Shown here: positions 39,386 to 52,190 of the stretch, in pieces | How positions within the stretch are numbered: the first letter of the stretch is position 1 | How the letters are laid out: the number at the start of each line of letters is the position of its first letter | NCBI GenBank assembly: GCA_951406725.2 | Contig: OX597814.1 | Location: 107,446,001 to 107,510,000, forward strand | Length of the DNA: 64,000 nucleotides | From: Octopus vulgaris | Lineage: Eukaryota | Direction: 5' to 3' | The notes under the pieces: generated by a model | The model's database searches: none | What the model saw: only the letters and a program-made list of their open reading frames with translations | Told to the model about the DNA's origin: nothing | Position numbers and translations under genes: made by a program

Positions 39386-39778
39386 TTGTTGTTGCTGCTG
39401 CTGTTGTTGTTGTAGAAAAAGAAGAAGAAATGGAAAAAATTGGTGCTGTTTCAATCATTCAATCATTTGACTGCAGCCATAGCTGGAGCACCACCTTTAG
39501 TTGAGCAAATCGACCTAGTACTTATTCTATCGGTCACTTTTGCTGAAACCACTAAGTTACAGAGATGCAAATACACCAGCATTGGTTATCAAGTAATGTT
39601 GGGTGGGGACAGACACAAACACAAATATATATGTATATATATATATATATATATATCATCATCATCATCATCATTTAGCGTCCGCTTTCCATGCTAGCAT
39701 GGGTTGGACGGTTCAACTGGGGTCTGTGAAGCCGGAAGGCTGCATCAGGCCCAGTCTGATCTGGCAGTGTTTCTACGG

Positions 39779-39813
<35 letters not shown>

Positions 39814-40244
39814 TAGATACATATATCCGACGGGCTTCTTTCAGTTTCCGTCTACCAAATCCACTCACAAGGCTTTAGTCGGCCAGAGGCTATAGTAGAA
39901 GACACTTGTCCAAGGTGCCATGCAGTGGGACTGAACCCAGAGCCAAGCTACTTACCATACAGCCATGCCTGTGCCTGTGTAGATGTTATATTTGTGCAAG
40001 GTATATATAAGAGTTGAAAATACTGGGAAATATTTTCTTTAGATTAATAATATCAAAATGGGAAAGAGGAACATTCTTTGGTATCATTTATTCACTATAT
40101 AATAAATATTTCCAAAGAATTTTCCTTTCTCCTGTCTTGATTTGTATATGACAGAGTGCTGAAAAGTTGCAGGCTTTAGTGTATTGCAAAAGGCCTAGTT
40201 GGAGGCCCAACCTTCCGAGTTCTTTTACAGAGCTTTGAAAAACT

Positions 40245-40622
40245 TTATTTACATTATTTACATTGGACGGATATGTGTCCTCATCTTGTTTGTTGTTACC
40301 ACAACGTTTTGGTTGATATACTCTCTCGCCTTCATCAGGCCCACAGGCATATAGTGTAATCTACTAACCCCAAGATTCCAAGCTCAATTCTTGGCAGTGC
40401 CTTGAATAAATGATAATAATAATAATAATAATAATAATATCAGAAAAAAACCGAAAATCCTTAGGAATGAGGACCCAGGGTTAGGTTTAAAATTCTACCA
40501 GATCATGATGAAGGCTGGAGAATAAATCAGCCGAAATGTTGTGGTAACAACAAACAAGATAAGGACACATATCCGTCCAATGTAAATAATGTACAGAATT
40601 CCTCATCTCTAAAATATAGAAC
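40245..40622 (+). mobile_element. Second copy of the inverted-tail/tRNA-head/hammerhead element
   Basis: Inverted arm 40245-40339, head with CTACTAACCCCAAGATTCC, (AAT)n, TGATGAAGGCTG..CAGCCGAAAT at 40505-40540. Confidence 0.82.
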
Positions 40623-40783
40623 AGTATTAGAAAAACTGAAGGACTTCTGCAAAAAGTGTGTGAATCTGAACAGAATATGTTGAATAAAATCATAATTGAT
40701 TGATCCTCCTGTATTTTCTTTCAGCCAAAGCCAGGAACTTCTCAGCACGCCCTCGTTTATCCATACATTTCTATATTTTACAG

Positions 40784-40924
40784 TGCAATGGGGAAGAAGT
40801 AGCAGTGAAAGTATTTTCTCAGCCATCGGACTCCCGAACGATGCTGATTCAACGACGGGAATTCGCTGTTCTCAAAATGTTGTGTCACAATAATGTCGTT
40901 CAGTTGTATGCCATGGAACCCGAT
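40784..40924 (+). CDS. TBK1: TBK1/IKKe coding exon 2 (CNGEEVAVKVFSQPSDSRTMLIQRREFAVLKMLCHNNVVQLYAMEPD)
   Basis: TTTTACAG acceptor, GTAAGT donor, 141 nt; catalytic Lys (VAVK) and alphaC Glu (REF). Confidence 0.95.
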
Positions 40925-41090
40925 GTAAGTATCATATCTTTGTTCTGTTTTAACCCATTTGTGCTGAAATTTTTCTAGTGAATGAAATTGCCTGAAATTA
41001 GGGGGCCTAAGTTTGCACCCACTAAACAAATTTTATTCTTGAGCCAGTGTATATATTTACATATTTGATTATATTTTGCATCTGTTGCAG

Positions 41091-41220
41091 TTATATTCCA
41101 ATATTCCAGTCCTCGTTATGCAGTTTTGTTCAGAAGGCACCTTGTTTCGAATGTTACAAAAGCCAGAATTTGCGTATGGAATGCACGAAGAAGAATTTCT
41201 CATCTTTTTACATGATATCA
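41091..41220 (+). CDS. TBK1: TBK1/IKKe coding exon 3 (LYSNIPVLVMQFCSEGTLFRMLQKPEFAYGMHEEEFLIFLHDI)
   Basis: TGTTGCAG acceptor, GTATGC donor, 130 nt, ends phase 1; resembles TBK1 VLIMEFC..GSL...PSNAYGLPESEFL; translated by hand, this frame is not in the ORF track. Confidence 0.93.
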
Positions 41221-41439
41221 GTATGCAGAATTCATTTTTAAAGTGGATTTAATTTTTTTCCTTAATTTTATTTCTTATTCTCCAGTTTGTTATGCAGAAA
41301 TATGCTTCCACATATTTCTTCCATGCTATAACATTATCAGTAATGTTTCTATTGACATTAGAAAACCTTTTGATAGTCTGTTATTGTTTCTAGTATTACT
41401 GGTATTGTAGTTTCTTAACTACTTCTAGTCCTATATCAC

Positions 41440-42068
41440 AAGAAGAGCACCATACGAGTGTGATCATTGACAGAGCAGCTAAACAGCTTCCGTGCCAGTG
41501 GCACTTAAAAGGCACCATTTGAGTGTGATCGTTACCAGCATCGCTTTACTGGCACTCGAGCTCCGTACTAGTAGGGTATTAAGAGCACCATCCGAGCATG
41601 ATCGTTGCCAGAGCGGCTATCTGGCCTCCATGCCGGTGGCACATAAAAGGCACCATTCGAGTGTGATCATTACCAGTGTCGCCTTACTGGCACTTGTGCC
41701 CATGCTAGTAGGGCGCCAAGAGCACCATCCGAGCATGATCGTTGCCAGAGCACCCAACTGGCTTCCGTGCCGGTGGCATGTAAAAGGGCACCATTCAAGC
41801 GTGATCATTACCAGCATTGCCTTACTGGCACCTGTAAAAAATTCGAGCGAGGTTGTTGCCAGTACCGCCTGACTGGCCCCGTGCCAGTCACATGTAAAAG
41901 CACCCACTACACTCTCGGAGTGGTTGGCGTTAGGAAGGGCATCCAACTGTAGAAACACTGCCAGATCAAGATTGAAGCCTGGTGCAGCCATCTGGTCCGC
42001 CAGTCCTCGGTCAAATCGTCCAACTCATGCTAGCATGGAAAGCGAATGTTAAACGATGATGATGATGA
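41440..42068 (+). mobile_element. RTE LINE 3'UTR-only copy (others near 2260-2475, 3910-4155, 22560-22870, 23500-23745, 42530-42870, 44140-44525, 46750-47035, 53400-53740)
   Basis: Shared AAAGCACCCACTACACTC..GAGTGGTTGGCGTTAGGAAGGGCATCCAGC..CATGCTAGCATGG..(GAT)n, matching the end of the RTE at 35600-35791. Confidence 0.85.
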
Positions 42069-45000
42069 ATTGATTTATTTTGTTGTGTCTTGGTAGGGTC
42101 ATTACGCCAATAATTATAACACACACACACTGGTTCAATATCATTTCTTCATTGTTAGTCGATCAGTTGGATATCTAACCAACTATCTACTCTGTTGTTT
42201 GCTTATTGTGCTGGTTAAACAGTCAGTTGGTTTGCAGGCCTTGAAGAGTGGAAGCATGTCACGGATGAGGTCATAAGGAAGGGACAAAAGGACTTTGACA
42301 CACAGACCACCGAATCATTGTTTAACCAAATTTCGATGTCATCTATAAATACTATGGCACCAAGAAGAACCTGGAAGCAGGAGAAACAACTCCACTGTTA
42401 GTTTTTGGCCACGTCTGCAGCTCTCCAGCAGAGAAAAGATAAAGAACGTGCCTGGAGCTGGTGGGGGGGCATCTTAAATAAGATTAAGAAGAAACAAGAA
42501 CCGTGTTGAAGTTCCATTATACAACAATCATCATCATCATCATTGTTTAACATCCGTTTTCCATGCTGGCATGTGTTTGACGGTTTGACTGGGGACTGGC
42601 AAGCCAGAGGGCTGCACCAGCCTCCAATTTGGTCTGGCAATGTTTCTATAGCTGGATGCCCTTCCTAAACGCCAACCACTCCAAGAGTGTAGTGGGTGCT
42701 TTTTACGTGCCATCAGCAAGGGAGCCAATCAGGTGGCATTGGCATCGGCCACATTCAGATGGTGCTTTTTACATGTCACTGGCACAGGGAGACATTCAGG
42801 TGGCACTAGTATCAGCTACAACTACAATTTCCATTTGATTTGACTTGACTCAGTAGGTCTCCTCAAGCACAACATGTCACCTGACGATTCAAAGCGACTT
42901 TTTAAATGAGCTGGTTATGCAACACAGGTGTAGGCCATAAGTGATATTAGGATGTGTGAGTTCCGAGCAGGAATGGAGCTACCATGCAGTTGACTTTGCA
43001 TCAATGGTTTTGTTAGTGAATCACCATCATCATTTATCATCTGTTGTCCATGCTGGCATAGGTTGAACAGTTTGATCAGGGTTGGCAAGGCTAGAAGGCT
43101 GCACCAGACTCCAGTCTGGTTTGGCATGGTTTCTACAGCTGGATACCCTTCCTAACGTCAACTACTTTGAGAGTGTAATGGCTGCTTTTACATGCCACCA
43201 GCATGGCTACTATTTGCGTGACACCGGTCTCTGCCATGATTGTGATTTTGCTTGGCTTGATGGGTCTTCTTCCCCAGCACGACAATATGCCAAAGGTCTC
43301 AAAGAAAGCAAACAAACAACTTACAGATACATTTTAAATGTAGGGTGTCTACAGACAGGTAGGTTTATGAGTAGAACAATTATTGTAGAAAGAATAACAC
43401 CAGTTTGTTGGGTGTTACAAAGCATTTGAAAGGAGAAGAATGCCCATGTCTAAGTTCTCTTTTCTAACGAGAGTTGTGCAGTTTCCAAGTTACAAAGTTC
43501 AAACTGGAGAGCTAGTTCAGCTCTAGGACAGGAAATCAATGCTCAAGAATTAACATCAGGTAAATATATGTGAAAATACCTATGCGTAATCAACTTACCT
43601 GTATTCAACCCAGGTGCACAGGTGAAAATGACATGGCAATAACAACAGGAAAGACCACCTTCACAATGGACACCAATAATCAACTGCAGAGATCAACTTT
43701 GCTTTTCATCCTTTCGGGGTCAATGAAATAAAGTACTAGTCAAGTATTGGGAAGGAGCAGGGGTCAGTGGCTATCTCCACCCCCACTAAAGATTGTTAGC
43801 CTTGTGTCAAAATTTGAGACCATTGTATCAGTGATTTTTCATCTGCAATACTTATAGTTTTATGAATTTTTTATACTGGACTAACAACATTTTCATTGAA
43901 ATCTTTTGTGTCTACATAGATAAGGCACATGATCTTTTAATAATTAATATAATACCATATCTTCCTTATTCCAGTATTGGTATTCTAGTTTTTGTCAATG
44001 TTCCTTAGTGTTTAGTGCTTGGTAAAATTAGATGTTGGGCCTCACAGAGGCAATGACAAAAGACCAAGACCTCTGGAGATATGCTGTGACTCAGAAAACC
44101 CAGCAAATAAAGTGAGTTCACAGCTGTAACCTGGCGACATGCCATCTTGAGGAGACCTATTGAGTCAAGTACATCAAAATCAAATCAAATCACAATCAAA
44201 TAGAAACTGTAGTTGTGACCCCCGTGCCGGTGGCACGTAAAAAGCACCATCTGAACGTGGCCAACGCCAGCACCACCTTGATTGACTTCTGTGCTAGTGG
44301 CACGTAAAAAGCACCAACCGATCGTGGTCGATGCCAGCCCCCTCTGGCCCCTGTGCTGGTGGCACGTAAAAAAGCACCCTCTACACTCTCAGAGTGGCTG
44401 GCGTTAGGAAGGGCATCCAGCTGTAGAAGCACTACCAGATCAGACTGGAGCCTGGTGCAGCCATGTAGTTTCCCAGACCCCAGTTGAACTGTCCAACATA
44501 GAAAATGGATGTTAAACAATGATGAAAGGTATATTGAATAAATACTCCAATCGGTCAAAACAACTTTATATCATTCCCAAATTATGAAAACTCGAATACA
44601 AATATATATTAAAACAATAGGGCACCCAATGGTAAAACCCAACATTATGAAATATACACAAATAAAAGGTGATATATCATTTAATGTACACAGTATAAAG
44701 ATGTATAGTTTCATGCTGTAAAGACATGTGTCTAGGCAGGTTTTTATAACACACCCTGTGTCTCCAAGCAATCTTCAGACTCTGAGTGCATTGTGTGTTG
44801 TATTGAAAATCATGATGCTGGTACATGAGAAACCATGAGAAAAAAATGAGATGAAGGGTGATGTAAAAAGTGGAATGGTATATAAAAATAGAAGAAAAAA
44901 AGGAAGCAAATTAGAATTTGTTCCTCCTTGACCATAGAAGCCATAATTAAACTCTTCTAACATAAAGTCACCTCTATCAGGGTTTGTAGTCATGCAAGCC

Positions 45001-45169
45001 ACAAGACAACCTTATTAGTACCATGCTGTTTGCATGAAAAAAAGCACCCAGTCCATGTTGTAAAGTGGTACACATTAGGAAAAGAGCATTCAGCCGTAGA
45101 ATAAACTGTCATCTAAGTTACACAAAAAGGAAAATAGCACTGATATTTCATTTTAACACACATATTTAC

Positions 45170-45940
45170 CAACATTATATAAAAATATCTTGAAATACTA
45201 ATGAGAAAATCTATTCAAAAAAATCGCCATTGGCTTCAACCATGGCCTCCAAATGACTTTGGAATCTCCTGCATCTCTTCTGGACAGTCTCCTTTAAGTT
45301 GGTGAATGCTACCATAATCCTTGCCTTCATCTTTGGTGTTATAAGGTGCTTTGTTGGTCTCTTGCTCAACTGTGCCCCACACATAATGAAGGGGGTTGCA
45401 GTCTGGGGAGTTAGGTGGCCAGATGTTAGGGGTTGCAGAAATTGTCTGACTGCCATGACTGGGTTCTCCTGCTTGTGTAGCATGGTGCAGAGTCCTGTTG
45501 CCAGATATAGAGTCTCTCAGCAGCTACCCTCTTAACCCAGGCAGCACTACCTCCTTCTGGCACTTGATGTAGGCCTCTGTGTTGAGTCTGAGGCTGTGTG
45601 GGAAGATGAATGGAGGCATAATGTCACCATCACTAGTGATCACTCTAAACACCATGATGTTGACTGGATGTTTGATTTTTATCACTCTCAGTATATGTAC
45701 CCAGATTGATGCCCAAACACCCTGAAATGCTTGTATTAGAGTTTCTGGTGTGAATGCCAAGCAGTTCAGCATGTCGTTTCCAAATTTCTGGCAGAGTGAA
45801 TTACATCATGGTGCTGTTTGTCTCACAGACAGTGCCCAACTGACCCTACTGTACATTATAGTTGACAAAATCAAAAACAAACAATGCACATGCATGAAAT
45901 TAAAAATGTAAAATGGCGACAAGTTACCGATCACACCTTG
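45170..45940 (-). mobile_element. Tc1/mariner-superfamily transposase remnant
   Basis: WPPNSPDCNPL.Y.WG and ..RFQSHLEAMVEANG.FFE motifs; related C-terminal fragment at ~54920-55170. Confidence 0.75.
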
Positions 45941-45942
45941 TA

Positions 45943-45986
<44 letters not shown>

Positions 45987-45993
<7 letters not shown>

Positions 45994-46279
45994 ACGTGAT
46001 CGACCAGACCATCAAATGTTGCTACACATCACTGGTCACAATGCGTTCGCATTGTTTTAGCCTTCGAATGACGCCACCCCACTGGCTAAGCGAGCAGGCC
46101 AACAGAAGAAAGAGTGAGAGAAAGTTGTGGCGAAAGAGTACAGCAGGGATCACCACCCCTTCCGGAGCCTTGAGGTGTTTTCACTCAATAAACACACACA
46201 ACGCCCGATCTGGGAATCGAAACTGCGATCCTACGACCGCGAGACCGCTGCCCTAACCACTGGGCCATTGCGCCTCCAC
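45987..46279 (-). mobile_element. Third tRNA-derived SINE family copy, ~50 bp upstream of kinase exon 4
   Basis: Minus strand head GGAGGCGCAATGGCCCAGTGGTTAGGGC...GTTTCGATTCCC; CpG-rich body. Confidence 0.7.
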
Positions 46280-46330
46280 ACACATATATGGGTAGATATA
46301 ATGCATTCATATATATATGTTTATCTTCAG

Positions 46331-46421
46331 CTGCTGGTATGAAGCATTTACGGGAACACCAAATTGTGCACAGAGACATCAAGCCAGGAAATATTCTCTG
46401 CTACAAAGATGAAAGTGGGCG
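46331..46421 (+). CDS. TBK1: TBK1/IKKe coding exon 4 (TAGMKHLREHQIVHRDIKPGNILCYKDESGR)
   Basis: TCTTCAG acceptor, GTAAGT donor, 91 nt; HRDIKPGN catalytic loop; phases 1 to 2 match neighbouring exons. Confidence 0.96.
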
Positions 46422-49409
46422 GTAAGTTGGATTAAATTCTCTGCAGAATCTTCACTGCTTGGTTCCTTTTCTTGAAGTTCGTTTTTGACTTCTTTTTTTT
46501 TTTTTTATTTGATTTTAGATTTTTATTAGTGCATGGCTGTGTAATTAAGCATCTTGTTTCCAAACCAAGCGGTTTTGGGTTCCGTCCCGCTGCATGACAC
46601 CTTGAGCAAATGTCTTCTACTATAGCCCAGAGTCGAATAAAGCCTTGCAAGTGATTTGGTTGACAGAAACTGAAAGAATTCGATTGTGTGTGTATGTATG
46701 TATGTATGTATGTATGTGTATATACATATATATATATACATCTGTTGATGCTAGTGTCGGCTGACTGGTCCCGTGCCAGTGGCACATAAAATGCACCATT
46801 CGAGTGTGGTCGATGCCAGTACCACCTGAATGGCTCTTGTGCCAGTGGCATGTTAAGAGCACCTACTACACTCTCGGAGTGGTTGGCGTTAGGAAGGGCA
46901 TCCAGCTGTAGAAGCATTGCCAGATCGGATTGGAGCCTGATGCAGCCTTCTGGCTCGCCAGTCCTCAGTCAAACCATCCAACCCATGCCATGGAAAGAGG
47001 ATGTTAAACGACGACAGTGGTGATGATGATGATGATCTGTGCATGTGTATCCTTGTCTTGGCATTGTATGATAGTGGACGGTAAAATGGTGGTGGTAGTG
47101 GTGGTGGTGGAGGTGGAGGTTTTTGTTGTTTCATAAATTTCTGATTCATTTCTTTTTATCTGAAGTGGTGAATGTAGCATGTTATGAAGCCCCTCCTGTG
47201 ATTAAAGCTACATGTTATGGATTTTATTGAAATTGTTTTTTTAACAAGTTCTTTAACTGGTGACTTATTTAATATCTCTATTGTTGGGACACCAAGGAGG
47301 CTGTCAAAAGGTAGGCATTCTTGTAACAAGCACCTGTTTTTTGTTGATGATTGAAATAGTTATTCTTAGAATGTTTAGCAAAGTCACTCAGTGCCATAAT
47401 TGACACACTCATCTTCATGGTGCTAATGACATTGAGAAAAGACAGAAGTATTAGAATTTATAATTTTCCTTTCTCCATAAATCTAAGCTTTCTTATCTAA
47501 TTAAGAATTTAATTATCTCTTTTTTATTGATATTTTTGAAAATAATTATTTCTTTACGACCCACAAGGGGCTAAACACAGAGGGGACAAACAAGGACAGA
47601 CAAACGGATTAAGTCGATTACATCAACCCCAGTGCGTAACTGGTACTTAATTTATCGACCCCGAAAGGATGAAAAGCAAAGTCGACCTCGGCGGAATTTG
47701 AATTCGGAATGTAATGGCAGACGAAATACAGCTACGCATTTTGCCTGGTGCGCTAACGTTTCTGCCAGCTTGCCGCCTTCTTTTTGAAAATAATGTCATG
47801 TAAAAGGCACCCGTGCTGGTGCCACGCATGAAGCACCCAGGACACTCTGTAAAGTGGTTGGCATAAGGAAGAGCACCCAGCCATAGAAACCTTGCCAAAA
47901 CAGACACGATGAAGAAGAAAAAGATGATGTTAAGGATATAGATATCATCATCATCATTACAGCATGAAGACACACATTACCCATTCAAAACACACAAAGA
48001 CTGTTTACTTTACTTAATTGTTGATTATTTTGTGCCAAAATCTTTTGTCGTGCAAACAGTAACCTCATCACTGACAAACTGACACCTCCTCTCTCATCAG
48101 TGACCAGGTCACAGGATGCATGATGAGAATTTCGACATCCTATAACAAATGACAAATGTTCAACTGAACTTAAGTCTTTCGTGTACTTTTAAATGGCTAA
48201 AGTGTCTATTTTAGTTTTAACTCATGGTCTCAGATCGACCATGCTTTAATGGTACTTTTTGCATGCCACCAGCACAGGTGCCAGTCAGGTGGAACTGGCA
48301 TCGACCATGACAATTATTTCACTTGACTTGACAGGTCTTCGTAAGCACAGTTTATTGCCCAATGATTGAAGGGTAACTTAAACGGGCCAGTTATGCTGCA
48401 CTATCTTTTATGGCTTTCAGCCAGGGGCTGAGGCCATGCTGGTGCACTGCCTTTACTGTGTCCAGAGATTTTTCCAGTATTGCTTCTGGGGAAGTAGTGA
48501 GTGAGTTAGATGTTGCCGTTCTTCTTTGTGCCTCCTGTCACGATGTGGGTTCATCCGGAACTGCAGATAAAAAGCTGTCTGGACGTTTTTTGAAGCCTTC
48601 CATGTCTATACCTTGCAGATCCTTGATGTTCTGTGGTAGGGCATTAAGATGTTGTGGTCTCTTGAATCCCAAGCTATTACAATATTGGGTTTGTATCCTC
48701 GATGGAAAAGATGGGACCTTTTGTACTGTGCAGTGCCGTCCAATTCAGGGATTGTTGTAGATTTCAATACCAAAATTTGGATCCAGACCCTCCATTATTT
48801 GCCACATGTATAGCACTGTATATCCCTCATGTCTCCTCTCCAGGGAGTGGAGTCCCAGCTCCCTCGATCTCTCCTAGTAGCCCATGAGTCTCTCTTCTTT
48901 GTGAAGTGGCGTTGGACTGCTTCTAGTTCTGCAATTAGTTTTACTCTCTGGGGGAGACCACAGCTGGGAGCAGCAGTCCAGACAACTGCAGGCAAAGGTT
49001 CTCCAAAGCAGAAGCATTGTGTCTCTGTTCACACACCCACACACACATGACTGAGGCTTCTCTCAGTTTCCATCTACCAAATCCACTCACAAGTCTATGA
49101 TAGAAGACATTTGACCAAGTCACTATGCAGTGGGACTGAAACCAGAACCATGTGGTTGGGAAGCAAACTTCTTACCACACAGCTACACCCATATTCTTTT
49201 TTTTTTATTCTTTTACTTGTTTCAGTCATTTGACTGTGGCCATGCTGGAGCACTGCCTTTAGTCGAGCAAATCGACCCCAGGACTTATTCTTTGTAAGCC
49301 TAGTACTTATTCTATCGGTCTCTTTTGCCGAACCGCTAGGTGATGGGGACATAAACACACCAGCATCGGTTGTCAAGCAATGCTAGGGGGACAAACACAG
49401 ACACAAACA

Positions 49410-50038
<629 letters not shown>

Positions 50039-50406
50039 AGCGGGTTTCTTTCAGTTTCCGCCTACCAAATCCACTCACAAGGCTTTGGTCGGCCCGAGGC
50101 TATAGTAGAAGACACTTGCCCAAGGTGCCATGCAGTGGGACTGAACCCGAAACCATGTGGTTCGTAAGCAAGCTACTTACCACACAGCCGCTCCTGTGCC
50201 TATATTCAGTTTTTTTTCTCTGCATGTCACTGATTTATTTTCTTTTCCTTGCAGTTGTATATATTTACTGCGTTAGTAACCTTTCCTTTCCTTTTTTTTT
50301 TCTTGCTGTTATGTAAATATATATATATATACATACATATATAAGCTGATTATTTTCTTGCAGTTCTGTGTATATAAAGTGATTAATTCTCTTCTTCTTC
50401 TTCCAG

Positions 50407-50497
50407 GTATGTTTATAAACTGACCGACTTTGGTGCTGCTCGTGCTCTTGACGATACACAAGAGTTTATGTCATTATATGGAACTGAAGAGTACTTG
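50407..50497 (+). CDS. TBK1: TBK1/IKKe coding exon 5 ([30 protein letters not shown])
   Basis: Polypyrimidine tract + CAG, GTAAGT donor, 91 nt; KLTDFGAAR and SLYGTEEYL are diagnostic of TBK1/IKKe; Ser172 equivalent present. Confidence 0.97.
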
Positions 50498-50821
50498 GTA
50501 AGTATTGCATTTCTGAAGACTCTCCGCTGACAATCTCTTCTTCTCTTTCTTTTTCCTTCTTTTTCCCCCCACTCCTCAAATCCTCTGCCCCTCTCATAAT
50601 TCCTTGTCTTGTGAGTTACTTGGTTACCCTGCCAATGCTTGTGCCTCTTAAAAAGCACCCAGTCCACACTGTAAAGTGGTTGGCATTTGGAAGGGCATCC
50701 AACTGTAAAAACCCTGCCAAAACAGTCACAGAAGTCTGGTGCAGGCTTCTGCTTGGCCAGCTCCTATCAAACCGTCCCACCCATGCCAGCATGGAGGGTG
50801 GATGTTAAACAATGATGATAA

Positions 50822-51049
50822 CACATTATTTACATTTTGATGGATATTTGTCCTCATCTTGTTTGTTGTGGTTTTGGCTGATACACCCTCCAGCCTTCAT
50901 CAGGTGTCTTGGGGAAATTTCAAACCTGGGTTCTCATTTCTAAGGTATTTTTCAATGCTGTTGTTATTATTATTCAGGTTACATATGGCGTAGTGGTTAA
51001 GAGCGCGAGCTACTAACCCCAAGATTCTGAGTTCAATTCCACGCAGTGA

Positions 51050-51081
<32 letters not shown>

Positions 51082-51250
51082 TTGAAAAATACTTTAGGAA
51101 TGAAAACACAGGTTCGAAATTTCCACAAGAACCTGATGAAGGCTGGAGGGTGTATCAACCAAAATGTTGTGTTAACAACAAACAAGATGAGGACAAATAT
51201 CTGTCAAATGTAAATAATGTACATAATTCCTCATCTCTTAAACATAGAAA
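50822..51250 (+). mobile_element. Short non-autonomous element: inverted tail copy + tRNA-like head + (AAT)n + decayed hammerhead tail
   Basis: 50822-50978 is the reverse complement of ~51050-51225; A box TGGCGTAGTGG at 50986, B box GTTCAATTCC at 51031; CTGATGA at 51133. Confidence 0.85.
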
Positions 51251-51380
51251 TAATGATGATGATGATTATGAAACAGTAATATTAATAATAGACTTCATAG
51301 TATATTTTGAATAATTGTCCTTAAATACTTCTGGCTGAGTTTATGAAGAAATTTCTTTCCATGTTTCTTTTTCTTTTCAG

Positions 51381-51538
51381 CACCCAGACTTGTATGATGT
51401 TGCTGTGATGAAGAAATCGATGGGACGTAAATTTGATGCTGCAGTTGATCTGTGGAGTTTAGCTGTTACTATTTATCAAGTTGCAACTGGTCAATTGCCA
51501 TTCCAACCTTATGGGGGAAGGAAAAACCGTACAACAAT
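51381..51538 (+). CDS. TBK1: TBK1/IKKe coding exon 6 (HPDLYDVAVMKKSMGRKFDAAVDLWSLAVTIYQVATGQLPFQPYGGRKNRTTM)
   Basis: TTTTCAG acceptor, GTAGGC donor, 158 nt; VDLWS and ATG.LPF motifs. Confidence 0.95.
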
Positions 51539-51804
51539 GTAGGCACCAGCTGAGTTATTCCAGTTGAAGAGAGAACGGAAGAGTGTTAGTGGTGAGAGCA
51601 AGGAGAAAGGGATTGCTATTATGTTATGTGGTTAAATAGTTGAGGGAAAGAATGTGTTTTGCACAGGGCTATGTGGTATAGTTGAAAGGAAAGAGAGACA
51701 GACAGAAACTGAAAGAGTGTGTTTACTGAAAGTGGAGACACAGGAATGGAAAGCAGTGTGATTGTAGGTATCACTTTTTTTTTTATTATTATTTTTTTTT
51801 TTCA

Positions 51805-52190
51805 TCCAGTTTCGGCTCACGAGCTGTGGCCATGCTGGGGCACCAGCATGTTGCTACATGATTTTACTTCACAAATGCTTTTTAGCAATTGACATCTGGT
51901 GCATGAGAGAGTTTGATGCAGCTGCCCTCATCTGCACCTCCTGCCACGAAGTTGGTTCATCTGGGACACCTGACAGGAAGAGGTCCAGCTTTATTTTAAA
52001 GACATCTGCATCCACCCCATGCAGGTCTCTCAGGTCCTTTGGGAGGATATTGAAGAGCTGTGGACCTCTGAAGCCCAGGCTATCGCAGTATCTTGTCCTA
52101 CATCTTGATGACAAATTTGGAGTCCTTGGCACTATGCAGTGGTGCCCAGTTCTAGTATTTGTGTAACTCTCAATGCCAAAGTTTGGGACA
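51805..52190 (-). mobile_element. CR1-group LINE 3' end (same family as 59434-64000); a more diverged 3' end lies at 48410-49010
   Basis: ORF 51869..52132 is nearly identical to the ORF2 C-terminus; shared tail. Confidence 0.88.

Noticed and set aside
50984-51050. Bona fide tRNA gene
   Set aside because: A/B boxes and a CTACTAA loop are present, but acceptor and T stems pair poorly and the sequence is part of a dispersed repeat
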